From the IMG/VR virus record IMGVR_UViG_3300005253_000530: a DNA stretch of 26,300 nt; one strand, given 5' to 3'. Of the stretch, positions 14,881-22,654 are shown piece by piece. The notes under the pieces were generated by a model. That model did not search any database. It saw only the letters and a list, made by a program, of their open reading frames with translations, and had not been told where the DNA came from. Positions within the stretch are counted from its first letter, which is position 1. Each line of letters opens with the position of its first letter. The position numbers were made by a program, and so were the translations under genes. This DNA is from a virus. Lineage: Duplodnaviria > Heunggongvirae > Uroviricota > Caudoviricetes.

Positions 14881-15126
14881 TCATTCTTTTTGCCAAAATT
14901 CTATGTAATATGCTGTTGGTGGAGAAGCAGCAGTACCGTCTTTACGATAGAAAGAATGATCTTTTGTAATTATTCTGTTTTTAGTAATTTTTGTTACTCT
15001 AGAACCAATGTCGTATAATGCTCCCCCGGAGCAAGGCCCGTCTCACGCATCAAAAATTACATCACCGACTTTGATTCTTGAGTAATTGCCATGTAATATT
15101 TTCTTAGTTTTATCTCTTTTTGCCAT
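14881..15126 (-). CDS. 81-codon gene with an in-frame TGA at codon 28 (candidate selenoprotein or readthrough gene)
   Basis: AAGGAGAG RBS; ...KVGDVIFDA*DGPCSGGALYDIG...EFWQKE; TGA at 15043-15045. Confidence 0.65.
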
Positions 15127-15150
15127 AATTCTCTCCTTTATTCTATTGTT

Positions 15151-15372
15151 TTAATAATCGAACGGTAGAACTTGTACTGTATCCATACGGCGCTTTGTAT
15201 CCATTAAACACTCTCCGAACTTACCGCTTCTAAATCTTTCTGTTTTTGGATTTTCTATACCATGAGTTGCTGCATGATTTAAGGCAGCTTGTATATCTAC
15301 AATATTTTCAGGTTCAAGTTCAATACATTCTTCTGATCCATCATAATGAGTAACCACTAATTTGTAATCCAT
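15151..15372 (-). CDS. Hypothetical protein
   Basis: AGGAGAG RBS; 73 aa. Confidence 0.7.
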   Translation of the reverse strand: MDYKLVVTHYDGSEECIELEPENIVDIQAALNHAATHGIENPKTERFRSGKFGECLMDTKRRMDTVQVLPFDY

Positions 15373-15385
15373 AATTCTCTCCTAT

Positions 15386-15631
15386 TTACCTGGCTTTTAC
15401 TATTTCAAGATCATCAACGCTATATATATTTAGCGGTATAGTCTCTGGGCCAGCAGGGCCACCAGGAATATACCTGTCCTCGGCATTCACGAATATCCTA
15501 AGATATATGTATCCAGATTCAGCTCCTGGTTCTAGATCAACATATGCTTTTCGTGGTGGAACGCCTTCCAAGGCTCTTATAATCCCACGACTATCCGTAT
15601 TTTTGACTCTAACAATATTTCCTACTTCCAT
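15386..15631 (-). CDS. SH3/KOW-like hypothetical protein
   Basis: AAGGAG RBS; EVGNIVRVK. Confidence 0.7.
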   Translation of the reverse strand: MEVGNIVRVKNTDSRGIIRALEGVPPRKAYVDLEPGAESGYIYLRIFVNAEDRYIPGGPAGPETIPLNIYSVDDLEIVKAR

Positions 15632-15647
15632 TGTAATTCTCCTTATT

Positions 15648-15723
15648 TACCCCTGGAAGGATTCGAACCCTCGTTAATCTCTGGTTAGAAGCCAGATGCC
15701 TTAGTCCACTTGGCTACAGGGGC
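15648..15723 (-). tRNA. tRNA-Arg(TCT)
   Basis: TCTGG CT TCT AA CCAGA; A20 in the D-loop; 7-nt variable loop. Confidence 0.9.
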
Positions 15724-15858
15724 CTGTTTTTCTTTTTTGTCCTTTTCTTTGGCTTCTATCCTTTCTTTCTGAGTAACCATACCTACTGGTATTCGTATAG
15801 TTTTGCCATTGATTTTATAAATTCTTAGACCACCTGATGATTTACTAATATGTTCCAT
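15685..15858 (-). CDS. 57-aa basic protein overlapping the 5' half of tRNA-Arg
   Basis: AAGGAG RBS; first stop is TAA inside the anticodon loop. Confidence 0.5.
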   Translation of the reverse strand: MEHISKSSGGLRIYKINGKTIRIPVGMVTQKERIEAKEKDKKEKQAPVAKWTKASGF

Positions 15859-15871
15859 TTTAATTCTCCTT

Positions 15872-15944
15872 TGGAGGTGACAGGGATCGAACCTGCGACC
15901 TTCTGCGTGCAAGGCAGATGCTCTTCCAGTTGAGCTACACCCCC
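15872..15944 (-). tRNA. tRNA-Ala(TGC)
   Basis: Canonical cloverleaf with G3-U70 and A73. Confidence 0.96.
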
Positions 15945-16006
15945 TTATATGTGTTGATAGTAAAGCAACCATCCAAATATTATAAGTGCAATATAAAATA
16001 ACATAA

Positions 16007-16384
16007 TTATATCCTTTCATAATGTTGACACCTTAACTTATAAGGTATTCTGGTGTGAATATTTGTTGTAATATACCATTCTGTCCATATATCACACCTG
16101 ATTGTATTATAAACATAACTTAATCTATGTTTGCATGTGATACAGTTTTCTTCTCTTGTTTTCTCTTCTTGTTTTCTCCATCTAATAAAGTTTCTTATAT
16201 TAATAAATATAGCTGGAACCACAACTAATAATAATCCAGTTGCTGGTAATCCTAACAGTGCTACGACTACCCAAATTATATTACCTATAATACTTATAAG
16301 AAATCCAAATTTTATTTTGTTTCCTACCATCCACAAGCCTAATAACTCTGCAGCAGATGCTAACCAACCCCATATAAATATCAA
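16007..16384 (-). CDS. PnuC-like (nicotinamide riboside transporter family) short membrane protein
   Basis: About 3 TM helices; GWLAS..LLGLW...GF...IGNIIW...INIRNFIRW pattern; Cys-rich tail. Confidence 0.5.
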   Translation of the reverse strand: MIFIWGWLASAAELLGLWMVGNKIKFGFLISIIGNIIWVVVALLGLPATGLLLVVVPAIFINIRNFIRWRKQEEKTREENCITCKHRLSYVYNTIRCDIWTEWYITTNIHTRIPYKLRCQHYERI

Positions 16385-16396
16385 TTCTCTATCTCC

Positions 16397-16972
16397 TTAT
16401 ATATATTTTAACGCTTGCTTGAAGTCTTCGACCACGATATTGAAATGTCTGTGTTTTATTCCGCCACCTCTTGCTAAATAACTGGGGTGATATGTAGATA
16501 TGAACTTCACTCCCATATATTTGTATTCTTTACCTCTCATCTGACCTATTTTTAAATCATTGTTCAATAGGAAGTTACAAACATCTCCTCCTAACCCAAT
16601 GATCACCTTAGGTTTTATGAAATGTATCTGTGCCACGAAATATGGTAAGCATCTAACCATCCACTCTTCCCTTAATTTGGTGCCAGGTTGGACATAACAC
16701 TTAACCAAGTTAGTTATATAGACATGATCACTTGATTCTGTTGGGAATAGTTGGTCCAATATACCATCATCACCATCTAATATTTTGCCAGCAGTTCCAA
16801 CAAATGGAAGTCCTATTCTATTTTCGTCGGGACCAGGACACATACCACATACAACTATGTCAGCATTAGGATTTCCTCTACCAAATACTGGTTTGATCCT
16901 ATTTTTGCATAAGTCACACAGCATACAGTGTTTCGCTGTTTGTTGTACTGTATCTAAATCCATTTTGTTCAA
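16397..16972 (-). CDS. Uracil-DNA glycosylase, family 4 (Fe-S)
   Basis: CMLCDLC, VFGRG, GMCPGPDE..GLPFVGTAG, YITNLVKC, TYHPSY. Confidence 0.93.
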   Translation of the reverse strand: MNKMDLDTVQQTAKHCMLCDLCKNRIKPVFGRGNPNADIVVCGMCPGPDENRIGLPFVGTAGKILDGDDGILDQLFPTESSDHVYITNLVKCYVQPGTKLREEWMVRCLPYFVAQIHFIKPKVIIGLGGDVCNFLLNNDLKIGQMRGKEYKYMGVKFISTYHPSYLARGGGIKHRHFNIVVEDFKQALKYI

Positions 16973-17814
16973 TTTTCCTTTCTACTCCAACGTGAATTGA
17001 AGTCTATGTGTGGATACCATAACCAGAAGAACTTCTTCCATCTTGCCTTAGAAGCATTTTTTCTGGGAGGTTGCGCATCAAATGGCATATCAAATGTGTC
17101 CGCTCCGCATTTACACCGTGGTGATAAGCTACCATTTCTAAAGCAATCCACGCAGAATCTTCTCTGTCTATATTTTTTTGAGTCTGATAAAATTAATTCG
17201 GTTCGGTCAAGCAACTGACCGGCTCTATAAGAGTCTTCACTATATGATGCTTTGACTTTGTCTATCCACGCTTTCGATTTTATTTTGAACATGGCTAGCT
17301 GATTTCTATGGATGCCCTTACATACAACTCCTTCGAAGGTCATGCCTTCTACTTTACCTTCTCTTACCGATTCTATAAATAGATTCCCTACTCGGCCTGT
17401 GAATACTATGTTGGGTATTTCTACTACACCGCCAAACAGTTTGATAAATTTTATTGGTGCAAGTATGCCTTTTTTATAAGGATTAACGTCTATTAGAGTT
17501 ACTGTATGTCCTTCTTCTTCGTGGTTGCCGGCAAAAGAATTTGGACCATAAAATTCAAAGAATGTGATCACTCTTCCATATTTGTTATCATAGAATATTT
17601 TGGATAAGCTTTCGCTATATTTCCCATTTATAAGATCTATTGATTCTCCAAGTGGTTGTTCATCCTTATCTAGCAACCTATGACGTGCTCCGAATTTATA
17701 GAAGCCATTTTTTGTGTTCCACTCAGCTCTGATATTGGATCCATCCAGCTTATCGAATGCATAGACCTCGATATTTCCGTTGATCTTGTATTCAATTATT
17801 GGGTATGGTTTCAT
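16969..17814 (-). CDS. RNA-ligase-like nucleotidyltransferase with Cys-rich C-terminal tail
   Basis: DKLDGSN (motif I), FEFYG, EGVV (motif IV), FKIK (motif V). Confidence 0.75.
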   Translation of the reverse strand: MKPYPIIEYKINGNIEVYAFDKLDGSNIRAEWNTKNGFYKFGARHRLLDKDEQPLGESIDLINGKYSESLSKIFYDNKYGRVITFFEFYGPNSFAGNHEEEGHTVTLIDVNPYKKGILAPIKFIKLFGGVVEIPNIVFTGRVGNLFIESVREGKVEGMTFEGVVCKGIHRNQLAMFKIKSKAWIDKVKASYSEDSYRAGQLLDRTELILSDSKKYRQRRFCVDCFRNGSLSPRCKCGADTFDMPFDAQPPRKNASKARWKKFFWLWYPHIDFNSRWSRKEN

Positions 17815-17826
17815 AATATTACCGTG

Positions 17827-17900
17827 CACGCCCGGAGGGACTTAAACCCCCGACTCCCAGGGTCGAAACCTGGAGCTCTGTTCAACTGAGCTACGGGCGT
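17827..17900 (-). tRNA. tRNA-Arg(TCG)
   Basis: ACGCCCG/CGGGCGT; CCAGG TT TCG AC CCTGG; A19 with T56. Confidence 0.88.
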
Positions 17901-17903
17901 ATA

Positions 17904-18068
17904 TTATTTATACTTCTCTAACTTTCTCTGCCATGTTACTGGCTCTCTGCCTTCACCATTATTTTTTATAATAGCCTTCAACTTATCTACTTCTTCGGGA
18001 GCATTTTTCTTTGCCCAAGGAAGCCTGTCTTTTAGCCTACATTTCTTACAGACAGATTTCTTTAGCAT
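17904..18068 (-). CDS. Small basic protein (start reassigned)
   Basis: GGAGAGG RBS; CKKC. Confidence 0.55.
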   Translation of the reverse strand: MLKKSVCKKCRLKDRLPWAKKNAPEEVDKLKAIIKNNGEGREPVTWQRKLEKYK

Positions 18069-18069
18069 T

Positions 18070-18240
18070 TTAATCCTCTCCAAATACTTTTCTCCATTCC
18101 CGCTCGAAATCTTCGTTACTGAATCCTTCGTAGAATGTTTCATGTTGTTCTATGAGTACATCTATCATTGTACCAAGATCCATTTGGTCAACAATTTCTG
18201 CTGCTAACATTTCTCTGTTCTTTTCTGTGTTTCTTTTCAT
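18070..18240 (-). CDS. 56-aa acidic protein (not in ORF track)
   Basis: ATG overlaps the pncB stop; MKRNTEKNREMLAAEIVDQMD... Confidence 0.6.
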   Translation of the reverse strand: MKRNTEKNREMLAAEIVDQMDLGTMIDVLIEQHETFYEGFSNEDFEREWRKVFGED

Positions 18241-19397
18241 TTAGATATCCTTTTGTCGAAAGTCCTTTTTAAAGAGTCTACATACGACTGGTCTGTACAC
18301 ATGCCTTTTGCAGGATAAGTATCACTTATCTTTGCAACGGGTTGTCCATTACAACCGACCATTTTGAGTACTATTTGCAGCGCTTTGAAGTCGAAGTCGT
18401 TTGTTATATGAGTACCAATTCCAAATGACACCATTATTCTATCCCGATAGCTATGCCATAGTTTTAATGCTTTTACAAAGTTGAGGCCGTCACTGAAAAC
18501 GATCGTTTTGGTTATAGGATCTATCTTCATATTTGTATAGTGGCTTATCATATGGCTCGCATATGTATATGGGTCTCCAGAGTCTTGCCTGGTGCCATCG
18601 AACAACTTTGCGAAAAACATGTCAAAGTCATGTAGGAAGTATTTTAGTCCTATAACATCTGATAGGGCTATTCCCAAATCACCTCTATACTCTTTTGACC
18701 AATTTTCTAGGGCCATAAACTGACTGTCCGCTATTCTATATAATGCTTGATGAGCCTGAAGCCACTCATGAGCCATTGTCCCAATTGGTGTCAATCCGAG
18801 TTCTTTAGCCATCATCACGTTGCTTGTTCCAACCATGTTGTCTGGACACTTCTTCTTGAAGATCTCAAGGGCATTGTAGTGGGCTCGCACTGAGTGCCTT
18901 CTTCGGCCGCCAAATTCTGAAAACGTGAGGGCGGTGTCTTTTATCATCTCAGCCTTTGCTTCTGTTCGTTTGTTAGCTAAGTCATAATCCTGGCTCATGT
19001 CAGTAGAATATACTTCGCTGACAATAGACAGAACCGGATCCTCAAACAGTATGGTGTGTAACCATGGGCCTTGTATATGTATGTGTAGTGTGCCGCTGTT
19101 GTCAGCCCTGATGTCAATATAGTTGTAATCGAACCGAAACAGCTTGAGAAATTGGAGATAATCGGGTTTAAGAAATCTCAAATCACCAAGATATTCTAGA
19201 TCCTCTTTTTCAAAGCGCAGATCTCTGCACATTCTATTTACGTTCTTAATAATATCTCCTACATAGGGCCGGAAATCAATATTATCAGTCCGACATTTAA
19301 AGAGATATTCCACCATTGCATCTGGGTGTTGGTGTAGAACAGCCTGCATCATTGTGAATTTATATAGATCGTTGTCCAACATAGATGTAATAATCAT
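18237..19397 (-). CDS. pncB: Nicotinate phosphoribosyltransferase
   Basis: SMLDNDLYKFTMMQA, EFGGRRR, GTSNV, GTMAHEW, RQDSGDP, VFSDGL, FGIGT, VAKISD. Confidence 0.95.
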   Translation of the reverse strand: MIITSMLDNDLYKFTMMQAVLHQHPDAMVEYLFKCRTDNIDFRPYVGDIIKNVNRMCRDLRFEKEDLEYLGDLRFLKPDYLQFLKLFRFDYNYIDIRADNSGTLHIHIQGPWLHTILFEDPVLSIVSEVYSTDMSQDYDLANKRTEAKAEMIKDTALTFSEFGGRRRHSVRAHYNALEIFKKKCPDNMVGTSNVMMAKELGLTPIGTMAHEWLQAHQALYRIADSQFMALENWSKEYRGDLGIALSDVIGLKYFLHDFDMFFAKLFDGTRQDSGDPYTYASHMISHYTNMKIDPITKTIVFSDGLNFVKALKLWHSYRDRIMVSFGIGTHITNDFDFKALQIVLKMVGCNGQPVAKISDTYPAKGMCTDQSYVDSLKRTFDKRISK

Positions 19398-19406
19398 AAT
19401 TCTCTC

Positions 19407-20249
19407 CTATCTTACTATATATTCTCTGGGAATATTGAATGGGTTATTTCGTTTGAACTCTGTTGCCCTATGTCTTTTTACTATTTCACTATGGTCATGT
19501 GCTGCACTTAGCCGAAGCCTTAAAACTTGGTCTATCTCTTGATATACCTCTTTGTGTGACATTCTCTCATCATAGTGCGGGTATATCTGATCAAAGTCCG
19601 AATTGGTAACACCTAATCCGTCTGTAGGTACCGCATCCATGCACTCTTTGAGAGCGTCAGCTTGACGGCCTCGACCTGAGAGATTGAATCTTTTCACAAG
19701 ATACTCAGCCAGTCCATAGACTTCCGTCTTCCACAGATTTTGTATCATTCCAAAGTCGCCGACATCTCCATGTAGTGTCCAGAATCCGAGTAGATACTCG
19801 GTGTAATTATCTGTTGATAGAACCATACCATCTAATTCGTTAGCTAGATCATATAGTTTAATCATTCTTATACGTGCTTTTATATTACCGAGTCTTATGT
19901 TTGTTTTAAAGGCGTCTATTTGTGTTCTTTCCATTGTCATTGCGGATATCATTTGAAAAGGGCCTATCAGATTACTCTGCTGATATCCATCACAGAAAGC
20001 AATAGCAGCATCAAAACCTCTATCTATTTCATTTTTATTGGACTCTATGTCTATTACTCGTCCTTCCAGTAGAATATTGTTATCAAGTCTCTTGACTACT
20101 TCCTGAGCAAGAGCTGCAGTCAGGGTGCTGTCAATTCCACCGGACATTCCTATTACGAGAGCCTTTATTTTATTTGAGGCTATATAAGAATGAGCCGACC
20201 CAACGATGTTTTCGAACATTTTCTCATAGTCGTTGCAAAATTTATACAT
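19407..20249 (-). CDS. nadE: NH3-dependent NAD+ synthetase
   Basis: GMSGGIDS PP-loop, GNIKARIRM, TDNYTE, FWTLHGD, PTDGL; no glutaminase domain. Confidence 0.95.
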   Translation of the reverse strand: MYKFCNDYEKMFENIVGSAHSYIASNKIKALVIGMSGGIDSTLTAALAQEVVKRLDNNILLEGRVIDIESNKNEIDRGFDAAIAFCDGYQQSNLIGPFQMISAMTMERTQIDAFKTNIRLGNIKARIRMIKLYDLANELDGMVLSTDNYTEYLLGFWTLHGDVGDFGMIQNLWKTEVYGLAEYLVKRFNLSGRGRQADALKECMDAVPTDGLGVTNSDFDQIYPHYDERMSHKEVYQEIDQVLRLRLSAAHDHSEIVKRHRATEFKRNNPFNIPREYIVR

Positions 20250-20829
20250 ATAATTCGTGCTCCTTTATATAAGTTAGAGTACTTGATGTTAAGTGCTCTG
20301 GGTTTAATCTGTTGTTCTTAATATCCTGTCTTATATCAGAAGACGATATATCAGTACCGGTTACATTCACATACCGATGTGGTGGTTTCAGGAACCAATC
20401 AGCTTTCAAACGGCCTCCTCTCGTCATTACTAAGAAAGGTATGAGATTTATAAGTTCTTCCCACCTCTCCCACCTATCTATTACAATGGCTTGATCCATA
20501 CCTATAAGATAAGCGGTGTTATCAGGAGTAATATAGTCATATATTTCTGATTTAAACAACATTTTCAGCGTATCTATTGTGGGGCCTTTGACTTTATATA
20601 CTATTTCGAATAGTGTCGACCAAATCCTATGATCTGCAAAATCTGACAAAGCTTCGTATATCATAGCCACTCTGTGTGCTGGGTCTGCGGTTTTTTTATC
20701 CCATATGTGCTTATATGTAGGCATAAATAGTAGCCTATCATACCCAGTAGCATCGAGTACTTGACTGGCTTTATTCAAATGATCCGTATGGATAGGATCG
20801 AATGCTCCGCCGAATATTATGTATCTCAT
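20242..20829 (-). CDS. nadD: Nicotinate-nucleotide adenylyltransferase
   Basis: FGGAFDPIHTDH (HxGH variant), LIGMD, ISSSDIR. Confidence 0.9.
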   Translation of the reverse strand: MRYIIFGGAFDPIHTDHLNKASQVLDATGYDRLLFMPTYKHIWDKKTADPAHRVAMIYEALSDFADHRIWSTLFEIVYKVKGPTIDTLKMLFKSEIYDYITPDNTAYLIGMDQAIVIDRWERWEELINLIPFLVMTRGGRLKADWFLKPPHRYVNVTGTDISSSDIRQDIKNNRLNPEHLTSSTLTYIKEHELYV

Positions 20830-21443
20830 TCTACCAAGTTCTCCAACTCAGACCTTTCTATTGGCCATGCACTTTGTCTTGATAGATTAAGTGTGACAAG
20901 TTTAATGCCTTTGTTAGCCATCTCTGTCACAGCCTTTGTTCCGTCTTCAGGATTGATATTTACAGCCCTGATAGCATCACCTAGCAAGAACACTTCTCCG
21001 CCGAATTTCTCCACGGCATCAAGTGCTGTGGCTTTGACACAATAATCGGTAGCTAACCCGCACACAAATAACCTTTTGGCTCCCATTTCCTTTAACATAT
21101 TGGCCAGATTTGTTCCTTCGAATGCCGAGTAAGCTTCTTCGTCCCACCCTTTGTCTATCAATGCAACAGCTGAAGTGTCTGGAAATTCAATGCCAGAGTG
21201 TATTTCCATTCCATAAGTACCATCTACACAATGGTCCGGCCATGTTCCACCCTGATCAGTGAATGATGGATGCCCTTTCTTGTGTCTGTCCCTGGAGACT
21301 ACCACTTTCCTGAACTTTTCTATGTACTTATTGATTGCTGGTGCTAAACTTTCTGCTCCGGGAACTGCCAAGCTACCAGTAATAAAATCGTTTTGAAAGT
21401 CTACAACGATTAGTACATCCGTTTTCCTGTCTATTTTTGTCAT
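20826..21443 (-). CDS. pncA: Nicotinamidase
   Basis: VVDFQNDF, SRDRH, WPDHCV, GLATDYCVKATALDA. Confidence 0.95.
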   Translation of the reverse strand: MTKIDRKTDVLIVVDFQNDFITGSLAVPGAESLAPAINKYIEKFRKVVVSRDRHKKGHPSFTDQGGTWPDHCVDGTYGMEIHSGIEFPDTSAVALIDKGWDEEAYSAFEGTNLANMLKEMGAKRLFVCGLATDYCVKATALDAVEKFGGEVFLLGDAIRAVNINPEDGTKAVTEMANKGIKLVTLNLSRQSAWPIERSELENLVE

Positions 21444-21447
21444 AATT

Positions 21448-21861
21448 CTATCCTCCATAGAGTAAAAATTTAGTCTTTATGTTCTTGAAATATGGAGCCC
21501 ACTCTTTCTTATCATCTAACATCATGTCGACCCCATGCTTCTCACATATTTCGGCCTTGGCTTTCCACCATTCCTCGTCGTGAGACCACCACCTTCCTCT
21601 TTCATCTTGCCACATCTCCACGCCCTTTTCTTTCAGGTGATCCACCACTGAGAATATCTCATCGAAGTGTAATCCGCGACAGATCTTGTGTTTTTCTAAC
21701 TCTTTCCTTATATCTTCCTTTGGAGGCCCTGATATTATGTATATGTCGATTGGTTTATATTCACCAAATCCTATCATGAGCCACTCAAGTCGAGCAAGTC
21801 GAGACTGAAACCACTTTGGATCATCATCTATAACACCGTGTAAATCTATTCCAATTATCAT
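21448..21861 (-). CDS. HAD-like hydrolase (variant motif I)
   Basis: IGIDLHGVID; KAEIC; MLDD; start reassigned out of tRNA-Tyr. Confidence 0.6.
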   Translation of the reverse strand: MIIGIDLHGVIDDDPKWFQSRLARLEWLMIGFGEYKPIDIYIISGPPKEDIRKELEKHKICRGLHFDEIFSVVDHLKEKGVEMWQDERGRWWSHDEEWWKAKAEICEKHGVDMMLDDKKEWAPYFKNIKTKFLLYGG

Positions 21862-21876
21862 AATAATTTTCCTGTG

Positions 21877-21960
21877 TGGGGGAGACTGGAATCGAACCAA
21901 CAAGGTCACAATGACGGTCGGGTTACAGCCGACAGAGCCCACCACCTGCTCAACTCCCCC
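21877..21960 (-). tRNA. tRNA-Tyr(GTA)
   Basis: GTCGG CT GTA AC CCGAC; variable arm GTCA/TGAC; A73. Confidence 0.93.
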
Positions 21961-21964
21961 TTAT

Positions 21965-22099
21965 TTATTTCTTTAATTTCTTATAGCATTTCTTACAAAC
22001 TGCTCCATATCTATTACATCCATCTTTATCTGTAAAGAATATGCTATAAAAGGTTTCTATTTTTTTACTACATTCCCAACAATATACCATAGATACCAT
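21965..22099 (-). CDS. 44-aa Zn-finger protein (not in ORF track)
   Basis: CWEC...CKKC. Confidence 0.55.
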   Translation of the reverse strand: MVSMVYCWECSKKIETFYSIFFTDKDGCNRYGAVCKKCYKKLKK

Positions 22100-22103
22100 G
22101 TTT

Positions 22104-22550
22104 TTATTCCTCCAACTTTCTTATTACTATATCAGCCAACTCTTTTGTCAATCCTGTCTCTGGATCACACCAGACTAAATGACTTGATATAGAGCCCATA
22201 TCTGTGTTGTCGTCCAATATAACGAACGAGGAGACGTCATACTCTGACTTCCTATACTCGCATATGAACTTCTCTATTTCTTCTCCTCTAGGACCGCCTG
22301 AGAGCTTTACAAGGGATGTTTTACCCACTATTTCACCCTTTATTCCTACAGAATGTAATAGATCTGATAATTCTTGGTAGCCCATGATATTTTTCCAACT
22401 GCTACTGATTACTATCTTTGCCCCAGTATACTCCGTAATTCGATTGAGAGCGGCTACACATTCTGAAGAGAATCTCTTTTCTATAGGTCTGCTGCCCCAG
22501 TTACTGATAGTATTTAGAACTCCATCTATGTCGAGAAATATTATTTTCAT
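22104..22550 (-). CDS. HAD phosphatase of the type associated with RNA repair
   Basis: IFLDIDGVL, IVISSSWK, RGEEI, FVILDD, ETGLT; start reassigned out of tRNA-His. Confidence 0.8.
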   Translation of the reverse strand: MKIIFLDIDGVLNTISNWGSRPIEKRFSSECVAALNRITEYTGAKIVISSSWKNIMGYQELSDLLHSVGIKGEIVGKTSLVKLSGGPRGEEIEKFICEYRKSEYDVSSFVILDDNTDMGSISSHLVWCDPETGLTKELADIVIRKLEE

Positions 22551-22561
22551 TCTTTTTCCTT

Positions 22562-22651
22562 TGGGGTAACCGACGAGCCTCGAACTCGCACATTCTTCAC
22601 AGAATACAGGGGCCACATCCCTGCGCGTCTACCATTTCCGCCACGGCTACC
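22562..22651 (-). tRNA. tRNA-His(GTG) with long variable arm, G-1:C73, CCA encoded
   Basis: G-GTAGCCG TG GCG GAAATGGTAGA CGC G CAGGG AT GTG GC CCCTG TATTCT GTGA AGAATG T GCGAG TTCGAGG CTCGT CGGTTAC C CCA. Confidence 0.85.
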
Positions 22652-22654
22652 ATA

